A stretch of DNA of 39,499 nucleotides, from positions 1-39,499 of the forward strand of contig WBXJ01000002.1 of the NCBI GenBank assembly GCA_008933045.1. The letters run 5' to 3'. The notes below the pieces were generated by a model. The model was not told the origin of the DNA and searched no databases. It saw nothing but the letters and a program-made list of their open reading frames with translations. Positions 17,592 to 24,803 of the stretch are shown one piece after another. The stretch comes from Verrucomicrobiota bacterium (GTDB lineage Bacteria > Verrucomicrobiota > Verrucomicrobiia > Limisphaerales > SXQI01). Every line of letters starts with the position of its first letter. Within the stretch, counting starts at the first letter, position 1. A program made the translations under genes and the position numbers.

Positions 17592-18775
17592 TAACGGACT
17601 CCCCAACCAAATCGCTCGGTGATGGGCCAAAATACAAACGCATGACGACCCACCGCTTTTTCTCTAGGAAAATCACCCCAATAGCGAGAATCGTAGCTGC
17701 TCATGGTGTTATCACCGCAGACAAAAAGATGGTTGGTTCGGACAGTAAATTTCGCATTCCCATCCACAAAATGAGGTGCGTAATGCGGAATCTCAGGTCT
17801 CCCAAACTGGCGACCCACTTTGTCGTTCACGTGGCCAGAAAAAAGATCCTCTTTAGGCGGTGCCTTGAAAGAATAAATATTCTCAAAATGAGGCGTGGAC
17901 GCATCCAGCCGTTTTCCATCAATGACAACGTGCCGATCGTCTCCGACTTGAATTGTTTCTCCGCTCAATCCGATCAACCGTTTGATGTAGTGCGTGTTTT
18001 GGGTAATATTCGGAATCCCAGTTGATTCAAAAATAATAATATCCCCGCGTGCTGGAGATCGAACGTTGTAGGCCACGCGATCCACAAACAAACGATCTCC
18101 ACTCGTCACCTTCAACTTGATGATGTCGTCACCTTTCTTGAATTTCTGTCCAACCGTTAACCCAGAACGATTGTAAGGAGGTGCAAACAAGCCATCCGGA
18201 GGCATCCAAACCGTGTGTATTTTTGAACCAACTTTAAATTGTTGGCGGTTGATAAAAGGTAAAAACTGCTTTGGTTCCGCTGCCCCTTCAAAATTACCAT
18301 CCTCCTCTGCCACGATGTGGTAGTAAGATTCTCCTTTGACCAAGAATTTGAAAACTTTTCCTAGAATAGACGGATAAGCAGCCTCCGTTCCTCTTAAATC
18401 TTGGTGAGTAATACCATACAACGTGGGTTGCATCGATCCCGTTGGAATCGCCATCGGTTGTAGGAAAAATGTTCGGATCGCTAAAGCAACAATCAATGCC
18501 ACCAAAGCGACATCGACATTCTCCCGCACATCGGGATTGGGGTAAATCTTGAAGTATTTATCTGCGACTAACGACAACTCCTTGCGTGCGGAAGCGATGC
18601 TGTTTTTTGTGGATTTTCCATCCTTCAGCACCTGCTTAAACTCGATGATGGCAGTTTCAATTTTTTGTCGGTTGACGACCGTTAAAATATCATCCTGAGC
18701 GCGAAGGTGCTTCTCAATGCGCTTGAGAAGCTCATAACCCTCGCGAACTGATTTTGAAAAAATCCAGCGTAGCAT
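17591..18775 (-). CDS. lepB: Signal peptidase I, long form (paralog 1)
   Basis: Ser box IPTGSMQPTL (Ser114), Lys box HYIKRLIGLSGE (Lys265), GDNTMSSYDSRYWG. It lies 18 nt downstream of lepA, the classic lepA-lepB arrangement. Confidence 0.85.
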   Translation of the reverse strand: MLRWIFSKSVREGYELLKRIEKHLRAQDDILTVVNRQKIETAIIEFKQVLKDGKSTKNSIASARKELSLVADKYFKIYPNPDVRENVDVALVALIVALAIRTFFLQPMAIPTGSMQPTLYGITHQDLRGTEAAYPSILGKVFKFLVKGESYYHIVAEEDGNFEGAAEPKQFLPFINRQQFKVGSKIHTVWMPPDGLFAPPYNRSGLTVGQKFKKGDDIIKLKVTSGDRLFVDRVAYNVRSPARGDIIIFESTGIPNITQNTHYIKRLIGLSGETIQVGDDRHVVIDGKRLDASTPHFENIYSFKAPPKEDLFSGHVNDKVGRQFGRPEIPHYAPHFVDGNAKFTVRTNHLFVCGDNTMSSYDSRYWGDFPREKAVGRHAFVFWPITERFGWGVR

Positions 18776-18793
18776 GTTCTCCCCTGCCCTCTT

Positions 18794-20584
18794 TTAGGCT
18801 TTGAGCACTTCGATAAACGCTTCCTGCGGAATTTGTACAGTTCCAAAAGCTTTCATCCGTTTTTTACCTTCCTTTTGCTTCTCCAACAGTTTTCGTTTTC
18901 GAGAAATATCGCCGCCGTAACATTTAGCGGTAACATCTTTTCGCATCGCAGTGACCGTCTCTCGAGCCACAAACTTCCCGCCTACTGCTGCCTGAATAGC
19001 GACCGCATATTGTTGTTTAGGAATAACCTCCTTCAACTTCGCCGCCAAGGCCCGACCTCGGAATTCCGCTTTATCGCGATGGACAATACAGGAAAACGCA
19101 TCCACAGGCTCAGCGTTAACGAGAATATCTAACTTCACCATGTCCGATTCGCGAGGTTCATCATGTTCATAATCCATGGAACCAAATCCTCGTGTGATAC
19201 TCTTGATGCGGTCATGGAAATCGATGAGAATTTCGTTCAATGGCATCCGACTCGATAACATCACCCGTCGTTGGTCGAGCGTTTCGGTGCTTTCGATGAC
19301 CCCGCGCTTTTCAGAGATCAACGCCATCATGTCACCGATGTTATCATTGGGGCAGATCACGAACGCTGTGACCATGGGTTCTTCAATCTTCTCGATAAAA
19401 TTTACTTCCGGCATGAACGCCGGATTATCCACTTCCTTCATCGTGCCGTCCGTCAAATACACGCGGTAAATCACGCTTGGATAAGTCGCGATAATGTCCA
19501 TGTTGTATTCTCGACGCAACCGCTCCTGAACGATCTCCAGATGCAACAATCCAAGAAAACCGCAGCGGAAACCGAAACCTAGCGCGACGGAACTTTCCGA
19601 TTGGTAGACAAAAGCGGAATCATTCAATTGAAGCTTCGCAAGGTTACTCTTCAGGTGTTCATAATCCGCTGTGTTGATCGGATAAATGCCACTGAATACC
19701 ATGGGATGAATTTCCTTGAACCCAGGAAGCGCAGGAGACGGATTGCGCCAGTCGGTTAAGGTATCACCCATCTTCACATCTTTAGGGCTTTTAATATTGG
19801 CCGTGATGTAGCCGGTCTCTCCCAGAGTAAGGCGGTCTCGAATATAAGGCTTAGGATTAAAACTACCCACCTCCTTAATCTCCACGTTCTTTCCCGAATG
19901 CAGCAACTTGATCGTCATCCCTGCTTTCAGCTCCCCGTTGAACACCCGAACATGTGTCACGACACCTTTATACGTATCAAAATACGAATCAAACACCAGG
20001 GCTTGAACCGATTTTTCACCTGTGGGAACTGGTGCCGGCACTCGTTCGACAATCGCTTCCAAAATCTCCTCAATTCCAATCCCTTCCTTGGCCGATGCAA
20101 GGATTGAGGTGTCCCCAGGAATTGCTAAAATTTCCTCTAATTGTGCCTTAGTTTGGGCAACATTCGCATGAGGTAGATCGATCTTGTTGATCACCGGAAT
20201 GATCGTCAGATTCTGCTTCATCGCTAAATGGACATTCGCAACCGTCTGCGCCTCCACACCCTGAGCAGCATCAATAATCAGTAGCGCACCTTCACAAGCA
20301 CTGAGGCTTCGAGAAACTTCATAAGCAAAATCAACATGCCCCGGAGTATCAATGAGGTTTAGCTCATAGGTCTCACCGTTCTTGGCCTTGTAGAGCATCG
20401 TCACTGGATGGGCTTTGATCGTGATGCCGCGCTCCCGTTCTAAATCCATGGAGTCCAATAATTGATCCTGCATTTCCCGTGTGGCGATCGTGCCTGTGAA
20501 ATGCAGTAACCGATCGGAAAGAGTCGTCTTCCCATGATCAATGTGCGCGATGATACTGAAATTCCGTATATACTTTGGATCCAT
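18794..20584 (-). CDS. lepA: Translation elongation factor 4 (LepA/EF4)
   Basis: MDPKYIRNFSIIAHIDHGKTTLSDR (G1), DTPGHVDF (G3), NKIDL (G4) and a LepA-specific C-terminal domain. The start is moved from the track's 20668 to ATG 20584, which gives the canonical N-terminus. Confidence 0.95.
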   Translation of the reverse strand: MDPKYIRNFSIIAHIDHGKTTLSDRLLHFTGTIATREMQDQLLDSMDLERERGITIKAHPVTMLYKAKNGETYELNLIDTPGHVDFAYEVSRSLSACEGALLIIDAAQGVEAQTVANVHLAMKQNLTIIPVINKIDLPHANVAQTKAQLEEILAIPGDTSILASAKEGIGIEEILEAIVERVPAPVPTGEKSVQALVFDSYFDTYKGVVTHVRVFNGELKAGMTIKLLHSGKNVEIKEVGSFNPKPYIRDRLTLGETGYITANIKSPKDVKMGDTLTDWRNPSPALPGFKEIHPMVFSGIYPINTADYEHLKSNLAKLQLNDSAFVYQSESSVALGFGFRCGFLGLLHLEIVQERLRREYNMDIIATYPSVIYRVYLTDGTMKEVDNPAFMPEVNFIEKIEEPMVTAFVICPNDNIGDMMALISEKRGVIESTETLDQRRVMLSSRMPLNEILIDFHDRIKSITRGFGSMDYEHDEPRESDMVKLDILVNAEPVDAFSCIVHRDKAEFRGRALAAKLKEVIPKQQYAVAIQAAVGGKFVARETVTAMRKDVTAKCYGGDISRKRKLLEKQKEGKKRMKAFGTVQIPQEAFIEVLKA

Positions 20585-20657
20585 GTCAATTCTACTAGAC
20601 TGGTCTGAATATCGGCGTACAAACTCTTTCGGGAATCGGCAAGTGCTCCACCCACTC

Positions 20658-20698
20658 CATGACGTCAAGGTCTCAGACCTTCAGCAACATAACGTCAA
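20658..20698. promoter_or_regulatory. Repeat/palindrome cluster in the lepA / AsnB-like divergent region (candidate operator or enhancer site)
   Basis: Direct repeat CAT[G/A]ACGTCAA at 20658-20668 and 20688-20698, 30 nt apart. The first copy contains the palindrome TGACGTCA (20660-20667). Between the repeats lies a perfect 15-nt palindrome AAGGTCTCAGACCTT (20667-20681). Confidence 0.3.
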
Positions 20699-20811
20699 AC
20701 ACTGGGAAGAAAAGGGAAATACAGAACCACACCCCGCAACTCACAGGGTCTTTTTCTCTGAGATCTTAAATTGTTGAAGTGCAGTGGTTTGATTTTCTGC
20801 TAAACAAATCT

Positions 20812-20826
20812 TGGTAGTTTTCTTGC
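20812..20826 (+). promoter_or_regulatory. Candidate sigma-54 (-24/-12) promoter in front of the AsnB-like/radical SAM/halogenase-like operon
   Basis: TGGTAGTTTTCTTGC compared with consensus TGGCACGNNNNTTGC. The GG (20813-14) and GC (20825-26) have the correct 12-nt register, 46 nt upstream of ATG 20872. This is a motif match only. Confidence 0.3.
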
Positions 20827-20871
20827 GCTAATTCGTTTGCGAAATCTCGCTGGGCGGGCTTTATTGTATTG

Positions 20872-22191
20872 ATGCACCACTATGTTGAGCGCGTTGTGGA
20901 TCTCACTGATCCAGACACGAACGAGATTTACAATCTGACCTTGGATCAGGCTCGTGAGCGAGTTTTGAACGGTCGTCCGGAGGAGGTGCGTGGTATTGAT
21001 GGCTCTTTCGCATTAGTGGCGCGTGAGGGTAAGCGGGTGCGGATGGCAAGGTCTTTGGATCGACCGTTGCGTTACTTTTTGGCGAAGCGGCATGAGGGCC
21101 CCGCGTTGGTGGTGGCAGATCGTATGGATACCATCCGCGCTTGGTTGGAGCAGGAAGGGTTTGGGAATCAATTTCATCCGAGTTACACGCGGATGGTGCC
21201 GGCGCATTATGTGGTGGAGATTCAGCTCTTGGGTTGCCCGGATCCAGACCCTGTTTACACTCGTTTTTTTGATCCTCAACGGGATCAGCAGCCTCGGGAT
21301 CTCGCGGAGGTGGGTCGCCGTTATATTGGTGCTTTAGCTGAGGAGATTCAAAAATGGTTAAGTCGGGTTCCTAGCCACGAACCGATTGGGGTTTGTTTTT
21401 CTGGCGGGATTGATAGCGGCGCGGTTTTTTTAACGACTTATCATGTGATGCAGCGGCTTGGGATGAGTCCTAGCCGATTGAAAGCGTTTACCCTCAGTTT
21501 TAGTGAGGGGCCGGACTTGCAGCAGGCTCGCCAATTTCTAGATCAGGTCGGGCTAGGAATGTTCTTGGAACCTATTGAGGCGGACTGCTCGGATCTTAAT
21601 GTGGAGGAAACGCTCCGCATCGTAGAGGACTACAAGCCTTTGGATATTCAATCTGCCAGCATGGCAATCACCCTCTGCCGAAATCTTCGCGCGCGCTATC
21701 CTGATTGGAAATATATTGTGGACGGCGATGGGGGTGATGAGAATCTCAAGGATTATCCGATCGAGGAGAATCCCGAGCTAACCATCCGCAGCGTGGTGCA
21801 TAACCAGATGCTTTATCAAGAGGGATGGGGGGTCGGACGAATTAAGCATTCGTTAACGTATTCTGGGGGACTGAGTCGATCCTACACGCGCACTTATGCT
21901 CCGGCGCGTCATTTTGGGTTTAATGGATTCAGCCCGTTCACCCGCCCCAACGTGATCGAGGTTGCTGAGGGTGTCCCGTTTGTGGATCTGACCGAGTATT
22001 CGGTGGATCGTCTCTACGCGTTGAAGGGTCAGATCGTGGCGCAAGGCGTCAAATCGTTGACCGGTTTGGACATGCCCGTGTTCACGAAACGAAGGTTCCA
22101 ACACGGTGCGATGTCGATGGAAACGATGCGCCGCCATGTGCCCGATCAAGAGGCGCAGTTGCGAAAAGCATTTCTCGCCCTCTATGCCTAA
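20872..22191 (+). CDS. Asparagine-synthetase-B-like adenylating enzyme lacking the N-terminal Cys nucleophile
   Basis: PP-loop VCFSGGIDSGAV (SGGIDS = 21400-21417). Also DGDGGDENLKDYP and GFNGFSPFTRPNVIEVAEGVPF, as in the AsnB synthetase domain. The N-terminus is MHHY (no Cys2) and the N-domain is short (~150 aa), retaining only GIDGSFALVAREGKRV...RPLRYF. Confidence 0.75.
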   Translation: MHHYVERVVDLTDPDTNEIYNLTLDQARERVLNGRPEEVRGIDGSFALVAREGKRVRMARSLDRPLRYFLAKRHEGPALVVADRMDTIRAWLEQEGFGNQFHPSYTRMVPAHYVVEIQLLGCPDPDPVYTRFFDPQRDQQPRDLAEVGRRYIGALAEEIQKWLSRVPSHEPIGVCFSGGIDSGAVFLTTYHVMQRLGMSPSRLKAFTLSFSEGPDLQQARQFLDQVGLGMFLEPIEADCSDLNVEETLRIVEDYKPLDIQSASMAITLCRNLRARYPDWKYIVDGDGGDENLKDYPIEENPELTIRSVVHNQMLYQEGWGVGRIKHSLTYSGGLSRSYTRTYAPARHFGFNGFSPFTRPNVIEVAEGVPFVDLTEYSVDRLYALKGQIVAQGVKSLTGLDMPVFTKRRFQHGAMSMETMRRHVPDQEAQLRKAFLALYA

Positions 22192-23191
22192 CCACGGGTC
22201 GGAGGCTCCATCTGGCGAACTTGACTGGCTTCCCTATCCTGAATCTGCAGCGCAACGAACTCGTTGGATCACGAGGCTGCGTCCGGAACGTGCTCTGACA
22301 AATTTCGAGCAACCCGTTGCCATGTTTGTCGAGAACGAGCGAAACGCTACGGGTCAAATTGAGCCGGTGCTCACCGTGATTTTGACGAGTCGGGAATGCG
22401 GTTGGCACTGTTTGATGTGCGATCTCTGGAAGCATACCGCAACCTCCACACCTCCTGTCGGATCGATTCCGAGTCAGATTGAGCATGCGCTGCTCCAGTT
22501 TCCTGGGATCAAATCCATCAAGTTGTATAATAGTGGGAGTTTTTTTGATCCCAAAGCCATCGCGCCCCAAGAGGATCGGCGGATCGCGGAATTGCTGAAT
22601 GGATTCAGCCGAGTCATCGTGGAAAGTCACCCACGCCTTGTCGGTGAGCGAGCACGTCGTTTTCGTGATCAACTTGCTGGGCAATTGGAAATCGCTGTCG
22701 GCCTAGAGACCGTCGATGAACCCACTCTGGAAAAGCTCAATAAACGCGTTACGTTGGCGGATTTTGAGAAGATGGCTCTTTGGATGCAGGCAGAACGAAT
22801 CGATTTGCGAACCTTTATCGTTGTGCGGGCTCCGTTTCAAACCGAGGAGAGCGGAGCGTCTTGGGCCTGTCGCTCGATCGATTTTGCGTTCGATAATTTA
22901 GGAGCCACCGTCGCTTCTCTGATTCCGACACGGGGAGGAAATGGGGCGTTGGAAGCACTCAGTCAACAAGGATTGTTCTCACCTCCAAGACTCGAAACGT
23001 TGGAAGCTGTCACGGCATATGGCGTGCAACGAGGGGGTGGCCGTGTCTTTGCTGATCTGTGGAACCTAGACTCCCTAGCGGTCTGTCCTGCTTGCTTTCC
23101 CGCTCGTCGAAATCGTCTCGAGATCATCAATCACACTCAGCGCATTCCGGAAGGAATTCCATGTTCGCACTGCAGTTTGCCCTCTTCATGA
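22184..23191 (+). CDS. Radical SAM protein, TIGR01210/RaSEA-like (Elp3-related) family
   Basis: CX3CX2C cluster ECGWHCLMCD (22397-22420). IKLYNSGSFFDPKAI, VESHPRLV and EIAVGLETVDEPTLEKLNKR motifs recall the TIGR01210 family (from memory). The start is placed at ATG 22184, which overlaps the upstream stop (ATGCCTAA). The track start is 22106. Confidence 0.7.
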   Translation: MPNHGSEAPSGELDWLPYPESAAQRTRWITRLRPERALTNFEQPVAMFVENERNATGQIEPVLTVILTSRECGWHCLMCDLWKHTATSTPPVGSIPSQIEHALLQFPGIKSIKLYNSGSFFDPKAIAPQEDRRIAELLNGFSRVIVESHPRLVGERARRFRDQLAGQLEIAVGLETVDEPTLEKLNKRVTLADFEKMALWMQAERIDLRTFIVVRAPFQTEESGASWACRSIDFAFDNLGATVASLIPTRGGNGALEALSQQGLFSPPRLETLEAVTAYGVQRGGGRVFADLWNLDSLAVCPACFPARRNRLEIINHTQRIPEGIPCSHCSLPSS

Positions 23192-24759
23192 TCGCGCCGC
23201 AATTATCGCTCTGGTTTGACACCACGATTATCGGATCAGGTTTTGGTGCGTCGATTCTAGCCATGATCCTGCGACGCGCTGGACAGAAGGTATTACTCGT
23301 GGAAAAATACCGGCATCCCAAATTTGCCATCGGCGAATCCTCCACACCGTTAGCAAATCTGTTATTGGAAGAAATTGCATACGATTCAAATCTTCCCAAC
23401 CTCCGGAATTTGACGGAATGGGGACGGTGGCAAACTCATTGTCCTCAATTGCCTTGCGGCCTGAAGCGCGGGTTTTCGTTCTACCAGCATGAAGCCGGGT
23501 TTCCGCTGAAGCCAAGCGATCGTGCAACTCAACTCCTTGTCGCAGCAAGTCCGAATGACCACGTTGCCGATACGCACTGGTATCGCCCAGCGTTCGATGA
23601 GTTCTTAGTAAAGGAAGCGCAATCGCACGGTGTCGATTATCAACCCGACACAACGTTGAAAAGTCTGACTCGCGCCGGTGAATCTTGGGACCTGATGCTG
23701 CAATCGCTCGGGAGCAGCCACGCCGTTCGCACGAAGTTTATCGTCGATGCCACTGGCCCGAGGGGATGTCTAACTCGGCACTTTCATATTCCTCATTCAC
23801 AACCGGCGGACATGCCGAAAACTCAAACTCTGTTCGCTCATTTTACAGGAGTTCGCCGACTCGAAGATTGCGACCATGGCTTTGCGAACCCCACTCCCCC
23901 CTACCCTGTGGATGATTCCGCCGTCCATCACCTGATCGACGGAGGATGGGTCTGGGTTTTACGCTTTAACAATGGGGTGACGAGTGTGGGAGTTGTGTTG
24001 GAGGATGATGCAGCGAACCAGATCGGGCTTCGAGAGTTGGAGAGCGGTTGGCAAACCCTCCTCAAACTTTACCCAAGCTTACAAGCCTCGCTTGGAACTG
24101 CTCAACGCACCACTAACTGGCACTACATCGCTCAGGTTGCCTCCAGAGCCGAGACGGTTTTCGGTGAGGGTTGGGCACTCCTGCCTTCGGCTGTCGGTTT
24201 TATTGATCCAATGCTTTCCACAGGGTTTGCATTAACATTACTAGGTGTTCGACGGCTTGCCACAATACTCACTCAGACTGCCTGCGGACTTCCCCAACAA
24301 GACGCACTTCAGAATTATAAAACCATCACACTGCTCGAGTTAGACCACACCGCAGAATTGATCGGAGCACTTTACGCTAACCTGAAGAATTTGGAAAACT
24401 TTCGTGACCTGACCCTCCTCTATTTTGCTGCTGCGAGTTACGCTGAAACTGTTCGACGATTAGGTCATCCGGAAAAGGCACAGAGTTTCCTGCTCGCATC
24501 CGATCCACGGTTTGGCCCAGCAGCACGCGGAATATGCCAAGCAGCCAAGCTCAATCCTCATCGAAGCGTTCAAGCACAAGTCCACAGACTTATCGAGGCG
24601 ATCGACATCGCGGGCTTAACAAACCGAGGTGCCAATAATTGGTATCCAGTAAGAGCGGATGACCTACTCAATAGCGCAACGAAAGTAGGAGCCAGCCGAC
24701 CCGAAATTCGCGCAATGCTAAAACTCCTTAACGTTGACTTCGACGGTCTGAGCGGCTAA
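23188..24759 (+). CDS. FAD-dependent halogenase-like flavoprotein (Trp_halogenase/PF04820-like)
   Basis: Rossmann IIGSGFGASILAMIL...LLVEK, PKFAIGESSTP, GGWVWVLRF (WxWxIP-like, Pro replaced by Arg) and GFIDPMLSTGFAL. The start is placed at ATG 23188, giving an ATGA overlap with the radical SAM stop; ATG 23161 is also possible. Confidence 0.7.
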   Translation: MIAPQLSLWFDTTIIGSGFGASILAMILRRAGQKVLLVEKYRHPKFAIGESSTPLANLLLEEIAYDSNLPNLRNLTEWGRWQTHCPQLPCGLKRGFSFYQHEAGFPLKPSDRATQLLVAASPNDHVADTHWYRPAFDEFLVKEAQSHGVDYQPDTTLKSLTRAGESWDLMLQSLGSSHAVRTKFIVDATGPRGCLTRHFHIPHSQPADMPKTQTLFAHFTGVRRLEDCDHGFANPTPPYPVDDSAVHHLIDGGWVWVLRFNNGVTSVGVVLEDDAANQIGLRELESGWQTLLKLYPSLQASLGTAQRTTNWHYIAQVASRAETVFGEGWALLPSAVGFIDPMLSTGFALTLLGVRRLATILTQTACGLPQQDALQNYKTITLLELDHTAELIGALYANLKNLENFRDLTLLYFAAASYAETVRRLGHPEKAQSFLLASDPRFGPAARGICQAAKLNPHRSVQAQVHRLIEAIDIAGLTNRGANNWYPVRADDLLNSATKVGASRPEIRAMLKLLNVDFDGLSG

Positions 24760-24803
24760 CAAGAAACCATCCACTTGGATTTGAATGCGCTGTTCCTAGT
24801 ATC

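Noticed and set aside
20585-20668. N-terminal extension of lepA in the track ORF (MTSWSGWSTCRFPKEF...)
   Set aside because: The canonical LepA N-terminus MDPKYIRNFSIIAHIDHGKT begins at ATG 20584, and the extension has no counterpart in EF4. Similar over-extensions were trimmed for cysK (6335 to 6254), the radical SAM gene (22106 to 22184), the halogenase-like gene (23059 to 23188) and lepB paralog 2 (17630 to 17591).
20659-20769. 36-codon Ser/Thr-rich small ORF (MTSRSQTFSNITSNTGKKREIQNHTPQLTGSFSLRS) upstream of the AsnB-like/radical SAM genes, considered as a possible RiPP precursor
   Set aside because: It has no ribosome-binding site. Its ATG is part of the TGACGTCA palindrome, and most of the ORF is built from the repeat/palindrome cluster, which looks regulatory. 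No leader or core features are present and no RRE or protease partner is nearby. It is only worth revisiting if conserved as an ORF in relatives.
20785-20800. Second -24/-12-like string TGGTTTGATTTTCTGC
   Set aside because: The GG to GC register is 13 rather than 12 nt, and the -12 region lacks TTGC. It is a poorer match than the element at 20812-20826.
22082-22684. 200-aa minus-strand ORF across the AsnB-like/radical SAM junction
   Set aside because: It is antisense to two CDS that carry strong family motifs in the + frames. It has no motifs of its own and an Arg-rich shadow composition.
24760-24803. Sigma-54-like string TTGGATTTGAATGC upstream of the CotH gene
   Set aside because: The GG to GC spacing is two nt too short for a -24/-12 promoter.
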